NCBI GenBank assembly: GCA_964304625.1
Contig: OZ199838.1
Coordinates: 4,104,705 to 4,168,704, forward strand
Reading direction: 5' to 3'
Length of the DNA stretch: 64,000 nucleotides
DNA from: Kudoa neothunni
Lineage: Eukaryota; Animalia; Cnidaria
This document shows positions 40,179 to 52,974 of the stretch, one piece after another. Below the pieces are notes generated by a model. It saw nothing but the letters and a program-made list of their open reading frames with translations. It was not told where the DNA came from and searched no databases. The translations under genes and the position numbers were made by a program. The stretch's first letter is position 1, and each line of letters opens with the position of its first letter.

Positions 40179-41149
40179 TTAAATATAAATGGTATTCTAT
40201 CCAAGAAGTTATAAATTATGGAATTGGATGAAGATGGAGCTGTAAATATTAAACAACCAAACAATCGATGAAATCGACAAAAAAATCACCAATGCATTAC
40301 TTGATTGAGGTCAAATATTTAGAATTATACTTAACACGAAATCATTTTTAAACATAATGAAATAGTGAAGAAAATTATGAAAAACTCCAATGATGTTAGC
40401 TAGGGTTGGTTTTAAGTTTTTAAAGAACATTTTATTCTGCGTAGATTTAACTTTTATAGTGGTCTGAAAATCGTTGATGAATGTACATCTAGCAATTACT
40501 CTGAAAAGTTCTAAACTCAAGGTAACTCAAAATGAGGTTGAATTTTAACTAAGGCAAAATAATGATTCAATTCTGGTACAATTTTCTACATGGAAAATAT
40601 TAAAAATGGAGAAAGAGATCTTTCGGAAGAACATGACGATTTTCAAAGTTTTAAAACATGTACGTGTCACTTTTGGAATTTGTGAATATCGAAGAAAAGA
40701 CGATGAAAAATATCAAAAATTCTCCAGTTATCTCGAGACATTAGCTTGTTACATATAGAAACAGTTGATGAAATATCTAAATTACAACAAGCATTTAAAC
40801 GCTTCAAATGTACAAAGGGATTTCAAACAAAAAATGGTTCTTTTTATATCTAAACGTATGCTTAAAACTTTGAAGAAGATTTTTTAACATATGCATGGAG
40901 TGTATAAGAAACAAGTCGAATTAACAGATGTTTTCTAGAGTAAATTATTACAATAATAATCAAGGAATAACCGAATTTTGAATATACACCTTAAAAAGTG
41001 CGGATTACCCAGCATTGGCGGCTAATTCGTTCTTTTTCTCCGGTCCAAAAGGGATTACGTATTACCCGTCAGCCACTGTATATTCAAAATTAATTTTAAT
41101 TGGATACTATGCCCCCATAATAGCTATCAGCCTTTTTTATGTATAAGGA

Positions 41150-41520
41150 AAAACTGCAGACACAGCTTATAATACTATGCAATTATAGCTGGATCTTATC
41201 AACTTTGTAGATACCGCAAAGAACCACATGTAACCCTTCATTCTATTCTTTTGCGGTTTGTGGGAATTTAACCCATTAAACATCCTGAATATAACTATTA
41301 ATTCTCATCGACCGCTCCCATAAGCTGTTATATTAGATATTTGTCATTCGAAAATTCCAATCAACATTTAACAGTGTCATTTTTACATATAACTCGAAAA
41401 TAAGCCTACATAGCGTGGGTTTCCACCTCAAAATTAATAAAGAGTATGTCTATTCTCTCCTGGCCCGATAGACATTCGGAGTAAGGTGGATTTCAACCAG
41501 CACAAAACTACCGTTATATT
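41150..41520 (-). repeat. Dispersed SINE-like repeat, uninterrupted copy
   Basis: 41205-41286 aligns with 45186-45216 joined to 47169-47217 (ttgtagataccg...catgta..ccctt...tttaaccca.taaacatcct). A B-box-like ggttgaaatcc lies on the minus strand near 41490. Confidence 0.4.
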
Positions 41521-42658
41521 ATAGCTTATTAAATATATCATCGATTCAACTTCTGATATTTAGATCCTCTACTGTATACAAAAGTAACGATAAACCTCAT
41601 AAGGATTAAACTCGTAGGTATTAATTTTTTAATTGAAATAGGATTACACATGTGAAAGAACAGCCGTCATTAGAAACCAATAGATGTATTACAATTTATA
41701 TTAAGATGAGAATAAATCATAAATATATCAACTGTTACAACTATTATAGATGTAATGACGTCAACAAGCTACATCCTGGATAACAACGTTATAATCAACT
41801 GACAGTAAATATCTAATCATTTGTCGATAAAACGTTGATAGCATTTAATGATTATAATGGAGGGTTGTTGATGATTATATATGGGTAAATTAATAAATAT
41901 TTTAAACAACTATTCAGTTTCTATAATAATATAATATTTGAGTTCAATATAAAATATTTTATTATCTTTTAATTCATCATTAGAATTTCATAGGCCCCAT
42001 ATTGTTGACACCTTAAATGAATTTAATTACATAAAGTTAAAAGCTAATGCTGTCTAAAAAATATATTCTAATTTCGCGAATCGATTTGCTAATCTTTAAA
42101 CAACCCCGGTTGTTTACTCGCTCACGTGATCTACGAATATAAATGTTTAAAAGCTAACAGTAAACTTCCAACGATTCGAACCATTCTACTAATAGTAAGA
42201 TTAACATTGTGCTAAAAATGAGGCTAACTAAATTTGTCAGACATACTTAATTTGTTGATAATTGTAAAATTATTGACAGGGAGTTTTCGGCGCAGTCGCA
42301 AATAAAGTCATATCTTAACTATTAAAATGAAAATCCCACTCTTACAAACATTCGATAAAGATAATACATCAAGTAAACATTTGCATTAAATAAAAGCACA
42401 TCAACCTATGATCCCTCACTAAATTGGATTAATATATCGCGATAAGGATATAGTTTGATTTGCGAGTACAATGCATTGGTTTCACCGACTCAGAGTTTTT
42501 ATATTCTTTATAATACTTTAAAACAACTAATTTTATTGGAATTTTCTATTGAATTCTCAACTATCGCGCGTTAAATTGGTTTCATTCGGTTGAAGACGTG
42601 ATCTGTCGTTCTGCGAAAATCTGGTACAGTTGAATAGCTTTAATAGAGGAGGGCATTA

Positions 42659-44878
42659 ATGAATTCGAATAAGTATTCCCAATCCAAATGTCGTACACTA
42701 ATAAACGAAAGTAGTTGGGATTGTTTGTTTTTAATGATATATTTTTTACAGCACCCGTGTGTACTGATAATTCCAGTTGGAAATTTGTTGATTCTAAAGG
42801 TAGCGCCAGTTTAGATGAATTACTGGAAAACACATGCGAGCAAGGTATTTTCATATATTAAAAGATGGGAATGATATTTTTTGCTTTTTTAAACAAAATG
42901 TTTGATATTTGTACCCCGTTAGATGATATGATATCGTCACTCTCGTTCAGCCCAGATGGGAAATATTTGGCGGTTGGCGACTACGGAGGTAGAGTGATTA
43001 TTTTTAAGAGCAGAGAAGCCAGAAAAAACAACGCCGACATTCAATACAAATCGTTACTTGGTTTGACCAGTCACACTGCAGAATTCGACAAATTGCGTAG
43101 TGTTGTTGTAGCTCCCACTGTAGAACATTTGTTATGGCTGAATCACAATTGCAATTCGCACATTTTTATCTCAGCCAACTCAAGCACTATAAAGCTGTGG
43201 AAAATCAAAGAAGGTTATCGACGTAAAAAAACCAAACGTCCTCTTCGTATGTCTACAGTAAAATCGATTGACGACTTGAGATTTCCAGATTTCAAACGCA
43301 AACACGATCACTCTCCCAATCTCCTTGCTCAATATCCATCACTTTATGGTTCTCCTATCAATGGGATCAGTGTTGGTTATGACGACCAATATTTTCTTGT
43401 GAGTGATAGTACAAGTATCGGGATGTTTAATGTGGAAAGGTGTGAACCACGCTATGGTAATTTTTCCATGTTTTAATTAAAAGAGATAGAATGATGATTG
43501 TTTATTTGAACCAATAGAGCTGTTCCGCTTAGAAGATGGCATCGATGAGAACCATGAGGTCATCTCCACAATGTCATTTCTACCGTACAATTCTTCGATA
43601 TTTTGTTATGGCACTAGTCACGGGAATGTAAATGTGTGCGATTTGAGACTGAAATCCTATTGTGAACAATCGATCTATAGTATGATTAAATAATTGTTTT
43701 GCGTGAAGCTAATCGATCGATCTAATTTGATAGGTTACAAAAATATTTTTGCTTCCAAAAACCTCTATCATTCTTCCTACAATGAAATCCATTGTATCCG
43801 AATGTTGAATGACGCACAAATGTTGACACGAGATTTTATGAGTTTAAGCCACTGGGATTTACGTATGACACAACGACCGATTGAAATTATTAATGTTAAC
43901 AATCATATTCGTTACAAATTGTGGGATTTGATTGAAAGTGATAGTATTTTTCATCGTTTTCAGATTGCAGCTAGTCCTTGTGCCAAGTACGATTTTGTTT
44001 AGATAGCTCGTTAGTTAGTTGATGCAATTTTAAGTTGAATTATTCTATTCTTTAGATATTTCGTGACCGGTGCATATAACAATCAGTTTAATCTGTTCGA
44101 AAAATCACAATCCAATATCTACAATAATACTGCTACATGGGATCTCTCCAAATCGACTGCTCCTGTTGATCGCAATCATGTAAAACCTTCTCGTCAGGTA
44201 TTCAACCGTGTTGTCAACTCATACATATACAATGAATTTCCGCATAACAACACCAATGATTCCACACGCGGTTATTCAGCCAAAAACATTTTGCCTATGA
44301 ATCCCGAGTCATTCCACGATCTTGATTCCCAATGCCCAAAAAGAAAACTTGGATCCGGATGTACTACCGAGAAAAGCTTTGACCTCCTGGATCGTTTGGT
44401 TAAAACCTACGATTTCGCGCCCACTATCAAACGATTCAATTTCGAAGCTGGAACCAAAGACGATCAACGGCGATCACTACTCCATATCAACTTAAAAAAT
44501 ACAAATAATAGTGGCTTCAGCAGCCATTGGAATAACACTCCTACTGCATCTACCATTTTAAGCGATATCTCCCCTAGAAAATTAAACAAAGTCACACAGT
44601 CTACACCACATCCAATCGATCCTTATGCCAATGATGACAAAAACACCGGCAAATACTTCTATCCTATATCGTTCGATCCTTCTATCGAGGTAGAAGGACT
44701 TATGGATGCGAAACCTTCAATCAGAAATAAAATTTCTCAGGTTGAATGGCATCCCAATAAAAATTTGTTTGTCGTTGCCACACAATTCAACCTCTATTTT
44801 TATGAAAACTCCCTCTGTAATAATAATCACTCCAACGACACCAGCACAAGTAGACAATCCTCTTTTTCTACCGTTTGA
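42659..44878 (+). CDS. PPP2R2: Divergent PP2A regulatory subunit B55 (PR55/Cdc55 family), ~6 exons
   Basis: WKFVDSKG, DMISSLSFSPDGKYLAVGDYGGRVIIF, SHTAEFDKLRS, TIKLWKIKE, MLTRDFMSLSHWDLRM, TGAYNNQFNLF and VEWHPNKNLFVVATQFNLYFY occur in B55 order, joined by short GT-AG introns. Confidence 0.88.
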
Positions 44879-45216
44879 CTACCACAATCACATTGGATTT
44901 CAACCTAACACTACTTGCCATAAATCACTGTCTACTTCGCAAAGGACGTTTTTATCTTTATTTCTTATTGATCTATAGAGATAGCTGATTTAAATGTATA
45001 GACATTGTTTTATTTGTTGGTGCCAGCGAAACATTTTATTGTGCATTCTGATTATTTTTGGGGAACTTTTTGTTCGTGAACTGCTGTTTAATTAATTAGG
45101 TGGGATATGCAACTCTCGGTTATTTTAAGGGGATAAACCCTTGTTGCAGCTTATTAGGCTGTGGAGGTCCGACCGACCATTTACGTTGTAGATACCGTAG
45201 CAAGGAACATGTAGAC

Positions 45217-47160
45217 TATTGTTTCCAAACCTTTTTTCTATCATGCCCCACTTTCTCTTGAAAACAAGTTCTGCGCCTCACCTTCATCGAAAGTATTCAT
45301 TGCTTAATTTGAACTGCTTACAATTTAAACCAAATTTTATATCATGTTAAGATTTAAAAATGATGAATATATACTTCTTTTCTCATTAATGTGAAAATCT
45401 ATTCGATCAGATCTAATCCAATTTATCATTGGACCTTAAAAATTAACATCCTTAGTTCTCCATTTCGTCAAAAACAACGTTGAGTGAAACTCGTCGTAAT
45501 CCAGCTCGCATTAGGCAAGACTATTGTGTATACTTGGCTTATAAACCGAAAATTAAAAATTTAGATAGAAAATGAATCAATATTAGATTAGATTAAATTT
45601 AATTTAATTTAATTAATTAATTAAATAAATAATCAAATTAATAACAGGGGTCCACGATTATGCATGTGACAAGCAGCGTTGCCAACCCAAATCGGACAAA
45701 TCAGAATGTTTTGTAAAAACAGAACTAATATTTAATTATATGTATAAATATTATGTTAATTTATAATTAACTCAAAAACTTCAAATTTATGTCATCGTTT
45801 GGTCGATGTTTTTAAAAATTTCCTCATTTGAACAAGATCATCTAATGTAGAGCACAACATTCGATTTCTTCTGATGTTTTCGGTATTTCCAAAAACAAAA
45901 ATTCTCTTTCTGGAAAAGCTTTGATCAGAGTTAGTTAAAGTAAACATGTGCTATATTTTCAGATGAAATTAAAGTTATTTTGCCAATAAAAAAAAGCTTA
46001 AAAGCGATTATTGATAATTTAATTAAACTAACTTTGTTTTTGAGCCTGTTCAATTCCCCTAATTTCAAACAATTGTATTACAGATTTTCGTTCGATTTTT
46101 TAGTAGAACGTAACAACTATACCTAGATGAGGTTATAGTTTTATGTACGACTAGTCATTCATTAAAATTAAGAAAAATTAGTCTAATAAATAATATTTAG
46201 TTAAATTTTAATTTATTTATATTTTAACTAAATTTAGAATTTTTTGGAAATTGATAACAAACACTTGTAATGATTACTTAGCACTGGATATAACCAATAT
46301 GAGAGTCTTTTTTTAAAATTCCAGCATTCAGAATTCCAACACTAGAAACTCTTCGTGATTATTCCAAAATGTTTCATAATCATGATGAAATTGACTGATC
46401 GTTAATAATCATAAAATCACCCAAAAAGTTGGTCTTAACAGGAGCATAACATTTCAAATGTGTTTATTCTCATAAAATTGTGGCACATTTTTTGGTCCCA
46501 ATTTCTGTATTACGCGTACTTTAAGAATTAATAAAACATTTTATTGTAACCTGTTTTTGTTGAACTTTTATTACAGACGTTTTAATCTGAAGTAAAGCAT
46601 TGTTCCAAGTATAAAATTATCTACTTGAAAGTTTCTCGTAATGTAATCAACAAAGATTAAATTCAATTTTCTGTGTATTTGCAATAACTTCCTACCTTTG
46701 AAACATTGTTTTGCGATTATTCAATCTTTCGAAGAACATGAGTAAAAATCGGACAAAAAAAGGACACTTGGAAAATAATCGGACAATTTTGAGCTGATTT
46801 GTCTGAAATTGGATACGGTTGGCAACGTTGGTGACAAGACTGGAGTTAGAACCATTCCGACTTTATTTGGGGATAAACTTCATGTCGAGTGCCATTATTT
46901 ATTTTTGTACAATTAGACATTGTTTTTGGTATTTTTATCATGATACTAATAGTCACATATAAACAAGATCGAAAATCGAGGTATTGATTTCAGAGTGCAC
47001 CTCACTGCTCTATTATCTCGTCATTATCCATGTTATATTATGGCTCAGGATGTTCCACGCCCCAGCAGAGTCCTTTATTTTACGTTCGAAAATTTGTATT
47101 CCCATTAAAATTTTTTCGCGCTTCATCGATGGGTCGTGGCTTATATGTTGGAAAAAACTG
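45217..47160. mobile_element. hAT non-autonomous element (outer)
   Basis: Perfect TSD atgtagac at 45209-45216 and 47161-47168. Degenerate TIRs tattgtttccaaac / gttggaaaaaactg. Confidence 0.75.
45674..46830 (-). mobile_element. hAT element (inner)
   Basis: TIRs cagcgttgccaacc / ggttggcaacgttg, perfect TSD gtgacaag and subterminal atcggaca repeats. Confidence 0.9.
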
Positions 47161-48400
47161 ATGTAGACCCTTGTCTTACTCTCTACAGAGTTTGAGGTTT
47201 AACCCACTAAACATCCTCTCCTATAGGCGATCACCCTCAAAACTCTATGCTTTCAATAGATTGATGCTTTCTCCGTGGGGTCGGTGATAAATATTTTTTA
47301 TTGCATGATACGTCTTGACAATTCGAACGTCTAATTCAACATCCTCTGTTAGGACGAACTAAAACTGCTTGTTAAATTACACTTATAATGCAATCGCACT
47401 CTAAAGACAGTTCCCATTACGGGATAGGGTCTAAGCGCCAACGAAAATCCGACCGGGTTTGAACTTGCTACCCCAAGATTTGTAATTGGCTGTCCATTGG
47501 TGTGACCTTAATTTACTTGTCAGCTGTTAACCTATCTAAGAGTTCAATACCGGAAAATTAAAATTTTCTAAAATCTGTTAGTATTCAATTAGTAAATTAT
47601 TATTTAGGACTTAGAGTTAAAAATCAATAAAAATTAAGATAAACGTCACCATAATAAAATTAAAACGTTTGTTAATAGGAAAATTCCGACTCAAATAAAA
47701 ATCCGGTTAAATAATTGAAGCAGAAATAAACAATTGCCCAATTTTTCATAAAGTAATTAGTAAAATCAGCATTTCTATACTCATATTTTAGATTTATGAC
47801 CGGTTCAAGTCAAACCACTTCAATATTATGATATATTATAATACTGAGGTTTGTGGGTTTAAAACATGGCGAAGAATTTTTAAACTAATTTAGAAAATTT
47901 ATTTAATTGAAAAATATTTTTTGAACGAGTTGGAACCACCTCGTATGTATGGGCTATTATCTCGATGTCACTTATCACAAAATGTGACATTGATATATGC
48001 AAAAACTTTAATTTTTTTCTAATATAATAAACAGATGTAAAAATGTACCCAATAAAAATGATTTTTTCCACTTTTGGAATCTAATGAGTCTTCGCGAATA
48101 AATTTTTTCATACATAAATTAAAAAATCTTTTATAGCCGCATAATTTTTATATTTATGAAATGATTCTATATTTTATAAATATCGCTGTTTAGACATTAA
48201 TTCCTTGAACAAAAGTATTAAACGATTTTTAACGTATCGAAAAAGAAAACGCAAACTTTGAATGGGTTAATGCAATTATCCGGGTTTATATTGAATGATG
48301 ATTTTCGGAACATTTTTGGTGAAAAAAATTATTAAATTAAGCAATTACATAAAAATTTTAAATAGTTATGACACATTTTTAACACACCAAATACGTTTAA

Positions 48401-50326
48401 CCCTCCGATATCCAGGAAAAAACTTACGCGCATACCTGGGGATGGACACTGTGTCCATCCCCAAAAAGCATTGAAGTAAATAAATTAACAATGAATTATT
48501 CAGAAAAAAATTTGTTTTACATTTTATAAACTTTATTTTTTGTTTATCACAAGTGGATTGATCATACGTACTGCAGTTTGTGCGGCATCGTTTATTGGGA
48601 GATCTGTTAGAGACACAATAATGTCCGTATTTTCTTGGCCTATCGTTTATCTTTTCATTGTTATTTTGCATAATTGTTTTAAATTCTTCTAATAGTTCTA
48701 CTGAAAGCTTTTTGAAGAATTATCTTTTGCACTGAAGTTTGTCTTAATTAAGAACTTGAGGGTCCTAGTCCCATGCAATTGAAATGCATTGTGTGCTGTC
48801 GCGTCTGTTATGTTGTATAATACAGCTATTAGCTAGCGTCTAGAACAGTAAAGGTCAACATATTCGATCTTATCCAACTCCTCCTTTTTAGGATAATAAA
48901 TTTTTGCCCCCATGTCTTTTTATGATTATTCTGTGAAGTCTTCAGATAATAAATATATTTCGATGCAAAATGATAATTATTATAAATACTAAATATTTAT
49001 ACGTGAATGGACGAATTGTTGATGTGAGAATTAATAAGTTTACATTAAAAATTAATTATATACTTACATGTATCGTAAAAACATGGAATAGTTTTCACAA
49101 AAAAATTTTTCATTAATTCTTCAGGTCAAAAAATAAATGATTTGAATAGAAAACTTGAGTTTTGTAATAATTTTTTAGTCTTCTGGCAATCTTTGTAGTT
49201 TAATGAAAATTGGAAACTTCCTTATAATATTCTTGGATCTGATTAAACTTTACGCAGAACAAACAATAAGAAATTTCCACGTCCGTCGAACCTCTGGCAC
49301 TTATTCACTGATGTAAAACCTTAGTTTCTATAAAATATATTTGAAGAATTTGTTCACCTTTCGATTCGAGTTGGCTGTAAATATTACTTGTCCTTGACTC
49401 CCCCCCCCCCCCCACCGCAGGAATGACGTTTGATGAGTCTTCGATTTCAATATTGCTGTCAAAATCAGGGTTATCGTCCTCATCGTTAATGGGTCCAACA
49501 ATAATTGTGTCTATTTTCTCAATATTTTCGGATCAACTTATATCAGAATCCTCTGATGAATTAAACATAAAACCCTCGCCATTATTCATTGTTAGGCTGA
49601 TGGGCTTCTACGAACATCCCGTTTTATCCAAAAAATGGCATGGAATATTCCAGAATAATTGAGAATAGCATAGACGTATCGGTAAAGTTTGAGAATATAT
49701 TAGAAACTTCTGGGAAAATATAAAAATCTAAGATAACTGCGTGATTGACTAGATAATCGCAGAGTCCACGAACATTTGTAGACATATCCTGTCTCAATTG
49801 AATACACATAAAAACGATACTTAGACTCAAACAAAAATTTTAAACTAAGTTTCTTTTCTAGTTGAATATCCAAAAACCTCATTGTTATGAAATTTATAAT
49901 GCATTATCTCGAAAACCATCGAGAAATACTGGAGTGTCACTCTTAATCGCTTGGAAGTGAACATTCCTATTAGAATTTATGAAATTATAACTTATTTTAA
50001 CCTTACTAACTTTAATTGGAAATATAAAATATTTCTTTAAAAATCACTAAGTAAAATATCAATATTATAAAACTTTTATTGGAGTAATAAATTTAAAACA
50101 CTTTGTTGGACAGCGTGTCAACCTCCAGGTATGCGCTGAACTTTTTTTTAAATTAATGATTTATATATCTTAGACTTAGAAAAATTAGCTAGAATTGAGT
50201 ACATGAAATGAACATTCCATTGAAATAAAATACAAGAAATAAAAATACTTAGAGACCTTTAAAAGAATATTATATTTAAGAAACTCATCATAGTGGACAC
50301 TCTGTCCACGTCCAGGCATCGGGGGG
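48401..50326 (-). mobile_element. Heavily decayed piggyBac element
   Basis: TTAA|ccctccgatatccagg pairs with tccaggcatcgggggg; the right TSD is mutated. The palindrome tggacact(g/c)tgtcca occurs near both ends. ORF 48366-48671 holds a Cys-rich-domain remnant, and an acidic N-terminal remnant lies near 49430-49620. Confidence 0.75.
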
Positions 50327-51079
50327 TTGTATGTTTAACTCAACTCGATCATTAAAACGCAATCAACAATTGTCTTCAAAAACCACATAGCATATAGAAT
50401 ATAAGATATAATCACATGATATTTTGCCATGTATTTTGTTATGCTTTTATTTTATGTCGCGTTAAATATTTATTTTTATCTTTAAAACCAAATGAATCGT
50501 TGAAAATTGTAATAAATATGGTTATTTCATATTTTTCTAATTTGACGACCTAATAATATTAAATTTTTGACATTAAATGTTAAATTGAAATGGAATTACA
50601 TTGAAGATTAATAATTAACAAATGCGTACATTATTTCATAAGCACCAAAGAGAAAAGAAAAAATAAAATTATTTAAATTCCGAAAGAATTGTAGAATTAT
50701 AAGGTTAATAAAGAAAAAATTATTTAATATCTTGCATTAATTTGTGCAATATAAAAAATTTTACCTGGTGGTTTTATTTTCCATCATGAGTAGCATCGAA
50801 TGAAAATATGTTTTTAATTGCATGATTAAAATAATACATACTTAGATCATATTATTCATATTCCATATAATTTACGAGGGATAATTACAGAAATTAAACA
50901 AAAAACATATTTTTGTAAGAACAAAATTTGGAGTGATGTATTTTTTAAACACAAAGTCATTAAAATCTTTATTAATAATGGAATTATCTCTTTTATGTGC
51001 AATATCAAATGTACTCATTAGCGATTAATTATTGTATATTTATTTGATTCAAATTTTTTTCGAAAAAACGATAAATAAT

Positions 51080-51940
51080 GACACAACTAGAAGTCCATAA
51101 TTCAACTACTCAATCAAAGGAGTTATTAGTGAATAATATGGATTGGAGGTATCCCCAAGCATGGTTAGGATACGTACGTAATGGTCCTTTAGATCGTATC
51201 TATGTAGGTTTGACTAAACGATCATTCAATAATCAACAAAAATCCGCCATCAATTAAAATACATATATTATAGCGATCATTCTTTTGAGGTTTCTCTGTT
51301 GAAGGTGGTTAGTATTTTTGATGTTCTCTTCGAGAGTATCCATCATTTTGATTATAAATATGTCGTTGAATCTTTTAATTGATTCATGTTGGATGAGATT
51401 AACGATATCGTTATTAACACTGAAAAGGGAGGACATTGTAGGCAAGAATTCCTATCCAAAATGGCAATAAAGCAAATTCCCTTCAATTGTGTTTACATCG
51501 TAAACAATATCCCAAGATTTTAGTAGATTTTCAACAAAACTTTGTTCTGATGATTTTATGGATGTTTGTAATTCCTCATGAAGTATAGCTAGGCCTTTTT
51601 TTATAATTAAATTTGTAATCTAGACCATCATTAATAGATTTATTCCATATCCAAAAAACGGAATATAATACATTATCTGTGATTTCATTATCCACCTGGG
51701 TATCAGCGATGACTACTTCTTGTTTTATGTGATTCAAATGAATCATTTTACTCAACGGCATTAGTTTGGCTAATATTTGGGGAGCATTTAAAATTTGATA
51801 TTACGATTAAAAAAGTATACATTGGAATATGTAGGTCACATCGACAAATATCTCACGCCAAATATCACTTTTTGATTTACTCCCCATAATACGTAGTATA
51901 TCGATTTTAACAAGTGGCACACGCAGTATGAGTACAGCTG
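51080..51940 (-). pseudogene. Decayed coding-like sequence of unknown origin
   Basis: ORFs 51761-51576 and 51445-51254 connect through one frameshift and one stop into a continuous ~250-codon protein-like frame. No recognised motif. Confidence 0.3.
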
Positions 51941-52974
51941 TAAACTTAATCCTTTAGTTAAGAATCAGCGAGAAAAATCGATCCAACATTATTCTATCTA
52001 CGTACTCTTACGGTCGGAATTTTGTATATTGGCACTAATATCAACTAGGTTAAATATTTACCCTCTTTTTTCCATAAAGATTATTTTTAGATAGGCGTTA
52101 AGTAGGTTTATTGAACTAATTTTACAAAATTAGCTTATTATATTTAATTATATTGATTTAACAAATGAAAAAATCAAGATTAATGTTTTGTGGATGAGGA
52201 TTATAACAAAAAGCGTTATGGATATGGAGAATTTCTGTGGAAACAATCTGTGTACTTGGCGACCCCAATGTTTATGTTCTTTATTCTTGTTTTATTAACG
52301 TCTACTGGTCGGAAATAATTTAATCCTTTATTATGTGTACGCGTGCGTGAACCGTCATTTTGAACCCAAACAATTCCACTCTCTAGGTTATTTATTAATT
52401 CTATTGTGTATGATATGTTAGTGTTAATTATTGCTTCAGTAGAACTACACTCTTAGGTGTCAAAACCAATTAATTATTGTTAAAATTACACACAAAGGAT
52501 TAAAACCGTTCGAGTACATGAACACCCTATTTTTATAAAAATACTTAGATCCCTAGATTCGAATTTAAAGAGAATTTCCCACTTTAATGTATTTATAAAA
52601 TCTAATCGTGTTGACTTCGAATTTTAATCTGTAGGAGTTAATCGAGCCCACGCATTTTAACTGTTAAAAGCGCTATGATAATAGGTTTAACAAGCTATCA
52701 TTCTATTTTCACTTATTCGCTTATTTAAATTAATAATATTTCCCAACAATCGTACAATTTAAGCCAGAAATTTTATTTAACTTAAACAAATTAATGAAAA
52801 CTCACGGGAAACAGCAAAAATTTGATGAGGGAGTATCACGTGGGTTTCCGCACGTTACTATAAGCTAGAACTAACTTATAGGGATTTCTTTTCTTGTATT
52901 GTCACATTATCTGAGAATTTTCTTCAAATTTTCAATTTTGATAATATTTATAATCGATTGTTACGAAATATTTC

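Larger units (their letters stand above)
45140..47530 (-). repeat. SINE-like repeat with a tRNA-like head, split by two nested hAT elements
   Basis: The minus strand near 47443-47475 reads ggggtagcaagttcaaacccggtcggattt (B-box-like). The flanks of the 45217-47160 insertion rejoin into sequence similar to 41205-41286. Confidence 0.4.

Noticed and set aside
47440-47530. Functional tRNA gene
   Set aside because: Only a B-box-like segment is present, with no convincing cloverleaf. It is treated as a SINE head.
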